The notes under the pieces are model-generated. The model was not told the DNA's origin, searched no databases, and saw only the letters and a list, made by a program, of their open reading frames with translations. This document shows, in pieces, positions 16,928 through 27,500 of a stretch of DNA of 64,000 nucleotides; the first letter of the stretch is position 1; the number at the start of each line of letters is the position of its first letter. This DNA comes from Candidatus Latescibacterota bacterium (lineage in GTDB: Bacteria; Latescibacterota; CBDEFO01): the NCBI GenBank assembly GCA_965248755.1, contig OZ252149.1:1760001-1824000 (forward strand). Direction: 5' to 3'. The translations under genes were made by a program, and so were the position numbers.

Positions 16928-19396
16928 ATGTTGGAAAAGACGGACTTTGAAGAGGTTTCAATAGAAAAGATCAGGTGGAGATGCAACCCCGACGATCTTA
17001 ACATGGAGACTACAGACGATCTGACAGCGTGCGTGGATATACTTGGTCAGGAAAGGGCTGTCAAAGCCATCAAATTAGGTCTGGACATAAAAAGTTCAGG
17101 ATACAATATATTCGCGACCGGGGCTTCAGGGACAGGCAGAGCCACCTCCGTGTATAGACTCCTGAAAGGGAAGGAAAAAGACCGCATACCTCCCAGCGAC
17201 AAATGCTACGTCAACAACTTCAAAAACCCCGACATGCCCAGGGTGATCAAGCTCCCCGCCGGAGGGGGAAGTCAGTTCAGAAAAGATATGGACGACCTGA
17301 TCCAATCCCTAAGGACCAACATCCCTCAGATACTTGAAAGCGAAGACCATCAGGACAGGAAAAAGGAAATCATAGAACATCTGAGAGACCAAGAAAAGAA
17401 GATGGTCAGAGAGTTTGAAAATAAAGTCAACCAGCAGAACTTCTCGCTCGTTCAGGACCAGCTCGGTCCCTACACAAGGCCCGATATCGTCCCTGTGATC
17501 GGCGGGAACACCTTAAGCTTTGACCAGCTCGAAAAGACAGCAGATAAAGGGGAATTTTCAAAATCTGACCTTGACGCCTTAAAGGAAAAATACCACAGCC
17601 TGTCTGCAGAACTTGAGAACATATTCAAGGAGACCAGAAACATAGAAAAGACGATCAAAGAAGAGATCGCATCGGTGGACAACGAAGCTGTTATGCCCTC
17701 GGTCGAGCACTCCATATCTGAAATTTCGGAGAAGTACAAAGATGAAAAGATAGATGAGTATCTCGACGAGGTCAGCAAAAGCATCATCGAAGACCTGGAC
17801 AGATTCAGGGAAAAGTACGACGCTAAGCAGTCTGCACCTGCCATCCCCGGTCTTGCGATCCCCCAGCAAAAAGATGAATTCTTGGAGTATAAGGTAAACG
17901 TCGCGGTCGACAACTCCCACACAGAGGGCGCGCCTATTATCACGGAGAATTCTCCCTCCTACAAGAATCTGTTCGGCACCATCGAAAATGTCTTCGATAG
18001 ATCTGGTCAGTGGAGAACCGACTTCACCAAGATCAAAGCTGGCTCCTACATACGGGCTGACGGGGGTTACCTCATACTCAACGCCCTGGACGTGCTGATA
18101 GAACCCGGGAGTTGGCTGACCCTCAAAAGAGCTATTAAGAATAAGAAGGTTGAGATCCAGACGTACGATCCTGTCCACTTTTTCACTGCATCTGCCCTAA
18201 AGCCCGAAGCCATAGACGTGGATGTAAAGGTCATAATGATAGGAGACTCGTTCATCTACTATCTCTTGTACCACCAGGACGACGATTTCAAAAAGATCTT
18301 CAAAGTCAGAGCCGACTTCGACTCGGTTATGAACAAAGACCAGGCCAGCATACTCCAGTACGCCTGCTTCATCCGCAAGATATGCGACGAGGAGAATCTA
18401 AGAGCCTTTGACAAGACAAGCGTGGCCGTCGTCGTAGAATACGGAGTCAAGATGGCGGGAAGACAGAACAAGATGTCCTCCAGATTCAACAACTTAGCGG
18501 ACGTGATAAAAGAAGCCGACTACTGGGCAGGACAGGACGGCGCGGACTGTGTAAGTGAAAGACACGTGGACAAAGCCATAAAGGAACAAATAGAGAGGGT
18601 CAGCCTCATTGAGGACAAATTGAAGGAGAGGATAGACGAAGGGACCATAATGATAGATACAGAGGGCACAAAGGTCGGACAGGTCAACGGACTTGCGGTC
18701 TACAGCTTTGCAGAGCACTCCTTCGGAAAACCCACAAGGATCACCACCGAGACGTCTCTTGGAAGATCAGGCATAATCAACATAGACAGAGAAGCGGACC
18801 TTTCGGGCAAGACTCACGATAAGGGCGTCCTCATAATCGGCGGGTACCTGAGAGGCAAGTACGCACAGGAGATGCCGCTAACGATGAGCGCAAGCCTCTG
18901 TTTCGAGCAGTCGTACAGCGAAATTGACGGAGACAGCGCATCGTCCACCGAGATCTATGCTATCCTCTCCAGCCTCGCAGGACTGCCGCTAAGGCAGGAT
19001 CTTGCGGTTACAGGCTCGGTCAATCAGAAAGGTGAAATCCAACCCATAGGAGGCGTCAACCAGAAGATAGAAGGCTTCTTCGATGTGTGCAGAACTAGGG
19101 GCCTTACCGGAACGCAGGGCGTGATAATCCCCTATTTGAACATCCCCGACCTTATGCTCAGGAAAGATGTCGTCAAAGCTGTTTCTGAAAGAAAGTTCCA
19201 TATCTACCCAGTAAAGACCATTGACCAAGGGGTAGAAATTCTCACTGGAGTCGAAGTCGGGGAGAAGAGAAAAGACGGCGCTTACCCGGAGGGAACAGTC
19301 AACTTCCTGGTAGATCAACGTTTAAGAGAGTTGACCGAAAAATTGAAGGACTTTGGGTCAGAGAATGGAGAAATACCGAAAAAGGATAAGAAATAG
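16928..19396 (+). CDS. Lon-family protease, LonC/AAA_32 type
   Basis: GQERAV, degenerate Walker A GASGTGR, GQVNGL, FEQSY, DGDSASS (catalytic Ser), GGVNQKIEGF (catalytic Lys). Confidence 0.92.
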   Translation: MLEKTDFEEVSIEKIRWRCNPDDLNMETTDDLTACVDILGQERAVKAIKLGLDIKSSGYNIFATGASGTGRATSVYRLLKGKEKDRIPPSDKCYVNNFKNPDMPRVIKLPAGGGSQFRKDMDDLIQSLRTNIPQILESEDHQDRKKEIIEHLRDQEKKMVREFENKVNQQNFSLVQDQLGPYTRPDIVPVIGGNTLSFDQLEKTADKGEFSKSDLDALKEKYHSLSAELENIFKETRNIEKTIKEEIASVDNEAVMPSVEHSISEISEKYKDEKIDEYLDEVSKSIIEDLDRFREKYDAKQSAPAIPGLAIPQQKDEFLEYKVNVAVDNSHTEGAPIITENSPSYKNLFGTIENVFDRSGQWRTDFTKIKAGSYIRADGGYLILNALDVLIEPGSWLTLKRAIKNKKVEIQTYDPVHFFTASALKPEAIDVDVKVIMIGDSFIYYLLYHQDDDFKKIFKVRADFDSVMNKDQASILQYACFIRKICDEENLRAFDKTSVAVVVEYGVKMAGRQNKMSSRFNNLADVIKEADYWAGQDGADCVSERHVDKAIKEQIERVSLIEDKLKERIDEGTIMIDTEGTKVGQVNGLAVYSFAEHSFGKPTRITTETSLGRSGIINIDREADLSGKTHDKGVLIIGGYLRGKYAQEMPLTMSASLCFEQSYSEIDGDSASSTEIYAILSSLAGLPLRQDLAVTGSVNQKGEIQPIGGVNQKIEGFFDVCRTRGLTGTQGVIIPYLNIPDLMLRKDVVKAVSERKFHIYPVKTIDQGVEILTGVEVGEKRKDGAYPEGTVNFLVDQRLRELTEKLKDFGSENGEIPKKDKK

Positions 19397-19423
19397 TGCT
19401 TAATCATCGCAAAGAATCGTCTG

Positions 19424-20494
19424 GTGCTCAATGAAACGGAGACTAATATGTCCAGACCAGAGGTATATGTGCTCAAGCGCAACATTCAAGATCCGGTGAG
19501 GGACGGGTACTTTGAAGATATGGCAAAAGAGATGCTAAGAGCCCTGGATGTAAGCCCCGGTGGTCGACTGGTGATGATGAAGCCGAACGTAACTGGAGGA
19601 AGCCCCAGGGAGAGCGGTATAGTGACCCATCCTGCTTTTGTCGGTGGGATAGCCGACTACTTTGTTGATACAAAGGGCATCAAATGTGAAGATATACTAG
19701 TCGCTGAGGCCCTAGACGTGCGGACTTTGCAGGAGAAAGAGCGCTATTGGGGCAGGAGCGGCTATAGCCAGATGGCAAAGGAGAAAAATCTCCATCTCAT
19801 CGATCTTTGTGACTACGGCAACGTGAGAGTGCGACCAGAGGGTACAGTGCTGAGGAACGACATCGGTATATCCCGCTGGGCAAAATCAGAGGACGTCTTC
19901 TACATGAACGTCCCCAAGTTCAAAACTCACAACTTAAGCATCATCACACTGTGCGGCAAGAATCAGCAGGGAGTGATGATCCCTGCGTGCGACCGACACC
20001 TCTGCTGGGATGCCAGTAAAATAGCTTTCCAAGAGCAACGGATAGAGCGAAAGAACCAGGAGAACCACAACAGATGGCAAACCACTATAGCTCATCTGCA
20101 TTGGGACCTTTACTTGGCCCTCCAACCGGACTTCAACATGATAGAGGGAGTCGTAGGAAGAGATGGCAACGCCTTTTATCTTGGCAGAAACTTTACCTGC
20201 GGACTCGTCATAGCAGGATACGATATGCCGTCTGTAGACCTTGTCGGAGGGTATCTTATGGGATTTGATGTGAGCAAACTGATCTATCTGAAGATCGGCA
20301 TGGAAAGAGGAATCGTTCCCGAGAGCCTGGACGATGTTGAAGTTCTGGAGATAAAGGGCAAGAAAGTCGTACAGTGCGATGACCTAAATTCTCTTATCTG
20401 CAACCCCCGCTTTGAGGTCTACAGAGAGATTCCCGAGGATCTGTCCAAAAAAGACCTGTTCGACTACTATGACCCAAACGCTCAGGCAGCGTAG
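19424..20494 (+). CDS. DUF362-family protein
   Basis: MKPN...THP, NVPKFKTH, TLCGKN, EGVVGRDG. Confidence 0.8.
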   Translation: MLNETETNMSRPEVYVLKRNIQDPVRDGYFEDMAKEMLRALDVSPGGRLVMMKPNVTGGSPRESGIVTHPAFVGGIADYFVDTKGIKCEDILVAEALDVRTLQEKERYWGRSGYSQMAKEKNLHLIDLCDYGNVRVRPEGTVLRNDIGISRWAKSEDVFYMNVPKFKTHNLSIITLCGKNQQGVMIPACDRHLCWDASKIAFQEQRIERKNQENHNRWQTTIAHLHWDLYLALQPDFNMIEGVVGRDGNAFYLGRNFTCGLVIAGYDMPSVDLVGGYLMGFDVSKLIYLKIGMERGIVPESLDDVEVLEIKGKKVVQCDDLNSLICNPRFEVYREIPEDLSKKDLFDYYDPNAQAA

Positions 20495-20682
20495 TGCAGC
20501 TAAAAACTTCTATAGTCTGCCGGAATAATGTATCCTATCCCCATGCTGCAGACGGAAATCGAGAAGATCGCAATCCCTTGCTCTTAGATCGATATTTTCT
20601 TATATTTCCAGATTCAACAACTCCAGAGGAATCAGCGCTTTCTCCGAAAAGACAGCATAAACAGTTGAAAGGAAATGAGGTT

Positions 20683-21117
20683 ATGAAACGTATCGTAAGG
20701 CTGTGCGGGATTGCCTCTGTCTTGTTCTCAAGCTTATCCTGGGCACAAGCCGACGTCCAAGATGATACATCTTCAACCGAGGCGGATTCCATCTATATAG
20801 AGCGCGCTCTGATATGTGAGGGCGTCAAGGACAGAGAACCCGTAGAGCCTGACTCCGTTTTCGGAGCGAGTGTGGGAAGACTCTACTTCTTCACAGAGGT
20901 CATGAGTACAAAGAAGATGACTTATGTAGAGCACGTATGGCACTACAAGGATGAGGAGGTATTCAGGATAAGACTCTACGTAAAATCCCAAAGGTGGAGA
21001 ACGTGGAGCAGCAAAGCTATTCCCAGAAAGTGGACAGGGGAGTGGAGGACGGAGGTCCTGTCTGAGGACGAAAAGATATTGAAAGAGCTGGCGTTTAGAA
21101 TTGACGAATCGGAATGA
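20683..21117 (+). CDS. DUF2914-domain exported protein
   Basis: Signal peptide MKRIVRL...SWA; REPV, LYFFTEV, HVW, WRTWSSK, GEWRTEV. Confidence 0.8.
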   Translation: MKRIVRLCGIASVLFSSLSWAQADVQDDTSSTEADSIYIERALICEGVKDREPVEPDSVFGASVGRLYFFTEVMSTKKMTYVEHVWHYKDEEVFRIRLYVKSQRWRTWSSKAIPRKWTGEWRTEVLSEDEKILKELAFRIDESE

Positions 21118-21131
21118 GGAGGTCGTCATTT

Positions 21132-22088
21132 ATGGACATTGAAGGGGCGAAAACCTTTTTGCGGGAAAACGACAACTTTATAGTCTCCACTCACCTGAAC
21201 GCAGACGGAGACGCTATCGCATCGGTCTTGGCGTTTAGGATCATCCTGAAGAAAATGGAAAAAGACTTCAGGATAATCCTGCACGATGAACGTACTGACG
21301 ATAAGTACGACTTTCTTCCGGGATTTGGGGAGATAGAAAGTTTCAAAGAGGGAATATTAGCTGGAACGAAGGCGCAGAATGTCATTCTTCTGGATAGTGC
21401 AAACCTGGAGAGGGCGGGGAGGGTGGCAGAACTTTTAGATGAAAACGGATCTATTTTGAACATAGATCACCACGAGAGCAATACGGAATATGGGACATTA
21501 AACCTGATTGAAGCCGATGCAAGTTCAACAGTTCAGATAATATACCTGATCGCGGCGGAGTTGGGGATGGAGTTTGGCGAGAGGCTTGCCTCGTGCATAT
21601 ACACAGGCATAATGTTTGACACGGGCAGGTTTATGTTCTCCAATACCTCGGAAGAGGCCTTGAACATCTGCGCCCAGATGGTAAGAAACGGCGCGAAACC
21701 CAATCTTATTGCGGACGCTGTCTATGGGAAGAGGTCCTTTGAGTCTGTGGTGATGTTAGGCAAGGCCTTGAATTCGCTGGACGTACATTTAGACGGCAGG
21801 GTATGTTCCATAATGCTGAGAAACGGGGATTACAGACTGAACGAAGATGCGGATCAATTTGTGGACTACGCAGTCTCTATAGAAGGTGTAGAAGTCGCGC
21901 TCTTCTTGAAAGAATACGAACAGAGCAGATTCAGAGTCAGCTTGAGGTCGAGCGATAAGGTAAATGTCAGCCAGATCGCCAAAGAATTCGGTGGAGGAGG
22001 ACATCCTAACGCGGCGGGATGTCAGATAGACGGAATGCCGGGAGATGTTAAAACCCGTCTTTTAGAGGCGATCAAAGACCGCCTCTAA
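21132..22088 (+). CDS. nrnA: DHH/DHHA1 phosphoesterase (NrnA-like)
   Basis: HLNADGDA, NIDHH, DTGRF, SLRS, GGGGHPNAAG. Confidence 0.88.
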   Translation: MDIEGAKTFLRENDNFIVSTHLNADGDAIASVLAFRIILKKMEKDFRIILHDERTDDKYDFLPGFGEIESFKEGILAGTKAQNVILLDSANLERAGRVAELLDENGSILNIDHHESNTEYGTLNLIEADASSTVQIIYLIAAELGMEFGERLASCIYTGIMFDTGRFMFSNTSEEALNICAQMVRNGAKPNLIADAVYGKRSFESVVMLGKALNSLDVHLDGRVCSIMLRNGDYRLNEDADQFVDYAVSIEGVEVALFLKEYEQSRFRVSLRSSDKVNVSQIAKEFGGGGHPNAAGCQIDGMPGDVKTRLLEAIKDRL

Positions 22089-22193
22089 AACAAGTAGACC
22101 TGTCCCCGATTGAATCTATCGGGGGTTCAACCCGAAGCAATCTCGCTTAGACTGCTTTTCCTCAAAGCTGTTAGGCTCTATGTAGAGGATTAT

Positions 22194-22871
22194 GTGCTCA
22201 AGGCTATTATCTTCGACTATGACGGAATCATCGTGGACAGTGAGGTTATTCACTTAAAGATGTTTCAGAGGGTCTTAGACCAGGAGGGTATTATACTTAG
22301 TGAAAAGGACTACTTCGCTAAGTATCTTGCAATGGATGACAGAGGATGTTTCTGCGCTGTGCTGCAAGATAATAGGAGAAGAGTGGATGAGGCTGTGATA
22401 GAGGATCTAATCGCCCGGAAGTCCCGTTACTTCAACGAATTTATAAAAGACCATCTTACAGCCTTCCCCGGTGCGGTCACCTTTATCAAGAAGGTGTCCA
22501 AGAGGTTCCCTTTAGCGATTGCCTCAGGAAGCAGAAAAGGCGAGATAGAATTTGGCTTAAACAAATTGCGGCTAAGAGACGAGTTCGACCAGGTGGTGGG
22601 CGCAGAGGACGTGAAAAACGGAAAACCGGATCCTGAGTCCTTTCTTAAAGCCCAGGAACTCCTCAGGGAAAAGCAATGTGCGCTTGAAGCCTGGGAGTGC
22701 TTAGTTGTAGAGGACTCCATTCATGGAGTCCAGGCTGCAAAGGAAGCAGGTATGAAGTGTTTGGCTGTGACGAATTCGTATCCTGCGGAGAAACTCGCTT
22801 CAGCAGACCTGGTGATTGAGGGCCTTGAGGACTGCGATTTACATCAGATAGAAAGGATATTCGAACGATAA
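22194..22871 (+). CDS. HAD-family phosphatase
   Basis: IIFDYDG, ASGS, KPDPE, VEDS. GTG start after GAGGA. Confidence 0.88.
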   Translation: MLKAIIFDYDGIIVDSEVIHLKMFQRVLDQEGIILSEKDYFAKYLAMDDRGCFCAVLQDNRRRVDEAVIEDLIARKSRYFNEFIKDHLTAFPGAVTFIKKVSKRFPLAIASGSRKGEIEFGLNKLRLRDEFDQVVGAEDVKNGKPDPESFLKAQELLREKQCALEAWECLVVEDSIHGVQAAKEAGMKCLAVTNSYPAEKLASADLVIEGLEDCDLHQIERIFER

Positions 22872-22920
22872 CACACGCAACCTGTGAGCGGAAAGCTGAA
22901 GTTTGTAATTGCCTGCAATT

Positions 22921-22960
22921 AAAGGAGCCACCTGGATATTTTTGTAAGATGGCTCCTTTT
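22921..22960. terminator. Probable bidirectional terminator between the HAD gene and glnA
   Basis: AAAGGAGCCA...TGGCTCCTTTT inverted repeat between convergent genes. Confidence 0.65.
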
Positions 22961-23004
22961 GTTTCGGTAGGCACCTCAAATTAGAAACGTCAGATACAAC
23001 GTTC

Positions 23005-24420
23005 TTACATATCGAAGTAAAGATAAAACTCATAGGGATGAGGTCGCAGGCGGACAGCATCTACCTCCCTTTCCATCTTGTAATCTATCCACGTCTCTAT
23101 CAGATCCTCCGTAAACACGTCACCCTTCAAAAGGAACTCGTGGTCATCTTCGAGGGCCTTAAGTACAGCATCCAGAGATCCAGGAGTTGAGGGGACTTTT
23201 GCCAACTCTTCAGGTGGAAGGTCGTAAATGTCCTTATCCAGAGGTTCACCCGGATCTATCCTGTTCTGGATCCCGTCCAATCCAGCCATAAGCATCGCGG
23301 CCAGAGCCAAATAGGGGTTGCAGCTCGGATCGGGAGGTCTATATTCTATTCTCTTGGTCCTTTCGCTCTTGGAATAGGTGGGGATCCTCACGCACGCGCT
23401 CCTGTTTCTCTGAGAATAGGCTAAATTTATTGGAGCCTCGTAGCCCGGCACCAACCTCCTGTAAGAGTTGGTAGTCGGAGCACAAAAAGCCAACATGGCG
23501 GGAGAATGCCTCAAAAGCCCGCCGATGTAAAAAAGGGCCGTCTGGCTCAACATCGCATAGCCTGAAGGATCAAAGAACAGGTTCTTTTCGTCCTTCCAGA
23601 TGCTCTGATGAACGTGCATCCCCGAACCGTTGTCCATAAATATCGGTTTCGGCATGAAAGTCGCCGTCATGTTGTGCCTTTTTGCCACGTTCTTGACCAC
23701 ATATTTCAGGGTCATAACCTGATCCGACATCTTGGTCAAAGGGGCGAATCTCATGTCGAACTCGCCCTGGCCTGCTGTGCCCACCTCATGGTGATGCACC
23801 TCTATCCCAATCCCCAGGTCCATCATTGTTAAGGCTATCTCAGAGCGTAGGTCCTGAAGCGAATCCATAGGAGATACTGGGAAGTAACCCTCCTTGTGCC
23901 TCATCTTATGTCCTAAATTCGGGTTCTCTTCTCGTCCTGAATTCCACGCACCCTCATCGGAATCCAGGAAATAGTACCCGCTGTTCGCGGTCTGATCGAA
24001 CCTTACGTCATTAAGTATGTACATCTCAGGCTCAGGACCCCAATAACTCGCGTCTCCTATGCCTGTAGACCCAAGATAATCCTCCGCCTTTTGAGCCACA
24101 TATCGAGCGTCCCTTGAGTACGACTCCCCCGTCACAGGGTCCATTACGTTACAGATCAAAGTCAACGTCGGATAGGAACAAAAAGGGTCCACAACCGCCG
24201 TGTCAGGATCGGGAACCAACAGCATGTCACTTTCCTGAATCCCCTGAAACCCTCTTATGCTCGAGCCGTCAAAGCCAGAACCCTCTTTGAATATATCTTC
24301 CGTCAGTTCCTGCACAGGAATAGTATAATGCTGCATAAGTCCCGGAAGATCCGTAAACTTTAAATCGACGAACTTGATGTCCTTTTCCTTACAAAGGTCC
24401 AGAACCTCTTTTGGAGTCAT
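23005..24420 (-). CDS. glnA: Glutamine synthetase type I
   Basis: [46 protein letters not shown] (adenylylation-site Tyr). ATG after GGAGG. Confidence 0.97.
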   Translation of the reverse strand: MTPKEVLDLCKEKDIKFVDLKFTDLPGLMQHYTIPVQELTEDIFKEGSGFDGSSIRGFQGIQESDMLLVPDPDTAVVDPFCSYPTLTLICNVMDPVTGESYSRDARYVAQKAEDYLGSTGIGDASYWGPEPEMYILNDVRFDQTANSGYYFLDSDEGAWNSGREENPNLGHKMRHKEGYFPVSPMDSLQDLRSEIALTMMDLGIGIEVHHHEVGTAGQGEFDMRFAPLTKMSDQVMTLKYVVKNVAKRHNMTATFMPKPIFMDNGSGMHVHQSIWKDEKNLFFDPSGYAMLSQTALFYIGGLLRHSPAMLAFCAPTTNSYRRLVPGYEAPINLAYSQRNRSACVRIPTYSKSERTKRIEYRPPDPSCNPYLALAAMLMAGLDGIQNRIDPGEPLDKDIYDLPPEELAKVPSTPGSLDAVLKALEDDHEFLLKGDVFTEDLIETWIDYKMEREVDAVRLRPHPYEFYLYFDM

Positions 24421-24559
24421 GCTACACCTCCCTCTGAAATGATTAATAGTGAATGGATTGACATATTGCCTACAGAACAAAGGAATTAGAAGTTAGTGGT
24501 GACGACAGGCGGAGCTATTCCAACTTTACCTTGGAGAGCGACCCCTTTACCACTGACGC

Positions 24560-25245
24560 TTTAAAATCCACACCCAACAAATAATCTACAGAACCAAAAC
24601 CCTGCTGGATCCTCCTCATTGTGACCTCTGAAGACCTAGTCACAATCCCTGCGGGTGCACCTACGTTTTTGCCCTCGTGGCTATCTCTAAAATCGCAGCC
24701 TCACGATCCTCAGACCATTCAGAGACACCCACATACCAAGCAAGATCGTGAGGCCCTATAAGCCCACATCCACCCCCTCAACTGACAGTATCTCACGAAC
24801 TCTCTTTACAGCCTCAATATGCTCGATCATGATCACATCCAGAATTTCGATTCTTGCATCCTCAAAATAGTTCTCCAAAAGAGCAACCCGTCCAGTCTCT
24901 ACGGATCCAGACCTCTCTGGTGGAAACTTCATCACCCACTCCGGCTCTGCAGGGCTTGTTCACCATAGGAGGACGATTCCCATAGCCCCTGCATCCAGCG
25001 GCCTTTTATCAGTTCTGGATCGTTCCACGCAATACGCGCCATGGCAACAGCATCGGTGGTTGTCATGGCCTGAAAAGAACCAGCTACCGTTTCAAGTCCT
25101 GCCGGACCGTGCTCAGTGTCCACTACGAGCCAATCGAACCCCATATGAGCCATTTACTCAGCCCAGCCGATGAAGCTATGTGCAGCAGATCCCGACAGAT
25201 GGCTTTCCCGAATCAGGCTTCTCTCTAAGTTTATGCTTCAACCTT
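24560..25245 (-). pseudogene. Decayed HpcH/HpaI aldolase
   Basis: Fragments MGFDWLVVDTEHGP, ARIAWNDP, IMIEHIEAV..REILSVEGVD, GPHDLA lie in different frames, separated by frameshifts and stops. Confidence 0.8.
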
Positions 25246-25406
25246 ATTGGAATCTCGATTGAAGATAAACCAGAGGCAGAATCTAATAATTATTACCTAT
25301 TGCGAATAATTACCAACAAATATATGAAGAGCAGCTTTCCTTGTCAAGGATAATTTTGAAAAACAGTTCATAGCCAGAAAAGTCGAAAAAGCTAAGTCAA
25401 GCTATT

Positions 25407-26369
25407 CTATGCCTCATACAGGTGGGATACGTACTCAGCATAGCCGTTGCAAAGCAGAGTCGGGAGTCTTTCGCCGGTGTCTATGATCCGTTCGGAAGCC
25501 TGCGACCAGCGAGGATGTGGCACATTGGGATTGACGTTGGCAACAAAATCGTACTCCCTTGGCGCTAAAGTATTCCAGAAGGTCGGTGGACGCCTATCTG
25601 TAAATTCGATCAGCACGATGGACTTGATACTCTTAAACCCGTACTTCCAGGGCACGATCAGGCGAATAGGTGCACCGTGTTGCTTGGGCAGTTCGTGACC
25701 GTATATCCCTGTAACCAGGATCGTCAGTTCGTTAGTCGCTTCGGCCATGGTCAAGCTCTCAAAGTAGGGCCAGGGATACCAGCGCTGATTTTCTTGCCCC
25801 GGCGCCTGATCTGGCTTGAGGAACGTGAGCATGCGCACGTACCTGGCCGAAGAGAACGGCTGCACCATATCTATGAGAGCCTTGAAGGGAAAGCCTATCC
25901 ACGGGACAGCCATAGCCCACGCCTCCACACATCGGAAGCGGTAGAGTCGCTCCTCCATCGGCATCAGGCGCATCAGATCTTCCACATCATAGATCTTGGG
26001 ATTATCAACAAGCCCCGCCACTTCTATCTCCCAAGGGCGCGTCTGGAATCTACCCACCATCTTCCAGACTCTCTCCTTTCTGTCAGTGAACTCGTAGAAG
26101 TTGTTGTAGCGCGCCGCCACCGATTCCTCGGTAATAGGGCGATCCAATGTAAAAGCTGTATTCCGAGTCGCTTCAATAGGGCGCAGTTTCTCCTTCTGTG
26201 TCACTTCCTTATTTCCCTTTGTCTCAAGACATCCTGAAAGGAGCCCGAACGCCCCCAGACCGGTGAATCCCATAGCCTTCAGAAAGCTCCGACGGTCTTG
26301 GTAGACAGCCTCCGGAGTGGCCTCCCGCTCGGGAATCTCCCATCCTTTGCGTATTCGTATGGAAAACAT
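25407..26369 (-). CDS. msrP: Protein-methionine-sulfoxide reductase catalytic subunit
   Basis: Tat motif DRRSFLK, YNNFYEF, RFRCVEAW, HGAPIRL, PWKYGFKSIK, NVNPNVPHPRWSQASER. Confidence 0.93.
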   Translation of the reverse strand: MFSIRIRKGWEIPEREATPEAVYQDRRSFLKAMGFTGLGAFGLLSGCLETKGNKEVTQKEKLRPIEATRNTAFTLDRPITEESVAARYNNFYEFTDRKERVWKMVGRFQTRPWEIEVAGLVDNPKIYDVEDLMRLMPMEERLYRFRCVEAWAMAVPWIGFPFKALIDMVQPFSSARYVRMLTFLKPDQAPGQENQRWYPWPYFESLTMAEATNELTILVTGIYGHELPKQHGAPIRLIVPWKYGFKSIKSIVLIEFTDRRPPTFWNTLAPREYDFVANVNPNVPHPRWSQASERIIDTGERLPTLLCNGYAEYVSHLYEA

Positions 26370-26410
26370 TATTTTTCCTTCAGATCTATAGCTCAGGTCA
26401 TAACCTTGAT

Positions 26411-27481
26411 CTACACAGATTCAGTGTCTAACCCCAAACTTGAAGCCGCCTCAGATATCATACCCCAAGTCCTGTCCTCTATAAAGATACCCTCCCTCAA
26501 CCTCTTCTCCTGAGTCCTGAACTCTGGCTCGCCTGGAACTAATATCTCGTCCACACCCGCCTCTCTCTCAGCCGATTTGACATGATCCCTGAGCGCGTCT
26601 ACCTGCTCTTTGAACTCATCTATCGGTATGAAGTTTTCGATCCTGATGGCGATCAAAAAGGTTGCGTTCCCGGTTCTACCTATTCCTCCCACACCTGTGC
26701 ATCCCGCGCCGGTCAGCGCCCCAGAAAGGATATCCACTATTAATCCTAACCCGAATCCCTTATAGCCTACAACGCCTCCAAACGAAAGGAGAGCACCCCC
26801 GTCGTAGAAACTATTGGGGTCTATGGTCGCATTTCCCTCGGAGTCGATTATCCAGCCCTTCGGGAGCTCATGACCTCTGTTCCTGTAAACCCTGATCTTA
26901 CCCTCAGCCACAACACTGGTGGTCATATCCAAAACGATCGGATTACCCGACCCCGTAGGGATGGCAAAGGAGATGGGGTTGGTTGACAGTCTCCTCTCTT
27001 TCCCCCCCCAGGGGGCTGTGGTCTGACCCTCACCGTGAGAGTTGGCGCAGACGAAACCTATCATGTCGCTTTTCGCTGCGATCTCGGGATAGGCTCCGAT
27101 CCTGCCTATGTGGTTGGAGTTGATAATTCCCACAGATGCGATGCCGGACTTCTCCGCCATCTCCATAGCCTTCTCCATAGCTGCCTTGGCGATGACGTGT
27201 CCGAAGCCCCAATTCCCGCTGAGAATAGCCGTCGAGCCCAACTCCCTGACGACCTCGATCTTCGCCCCGGGAAAGGCATTGCCCTCCTGAACTTCCGTCA
27301 CGTATTGAGGAATCCTTATAACCCCGTGCGAATCGTGACCCATAAGATTGGCTAAAACCAGGAAATCCGTCAGCGTCTCGGCCTCATCCTTAGGCGAACC
27401 GACTGCCTGGAATATGTCCCTGCTTATCCTTCTCAACTGATCAGCCGTAAACGTAGGCACGTTAAATCTCCCTAATATCAC
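26411..27481 (-). CDS. Ldh_2 (malate/L-lactate/ComC-like) oxidoreductase
   Basis: GHDSHG, NHIGRIG, STNP, LDMTTS, YKGFGL, PGEPE. Confidence 0.9.
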   Translation of the reverse strand: MILGRFNVPTFTADQLRRISRDIFQAVGSPKDEAETLTDFLVLANLMGHDSHGVIRIPQYVTEVQEGNAFPGAKIEVVRELGSTAILSGNWGFGHVIAKAAMEKAMEMAEKSGIASVGIINSNHIGRIGAYPEIAAKSDMIGFVCANSHGEGQTTAPWGGKERRLSTNPISFAIPTGSGNPIVLDMTTSVVAEGKIRVYRNRGHELPKGWIIDSEGNATIDPNSFYDGGALLSFGGVVGYKGFGLGLIVDILSGALTGAGCTGVGGIGRTGNATFLIAIRIENFIPIDEFKEQVDALRDHVKSAEREAGVDEILVPGEPEFRTQEKRLREGIFIEDRTWGMISEAASSLGLDTESV

Positions 27482-27500
27482 GATATACCAACATTTTGGA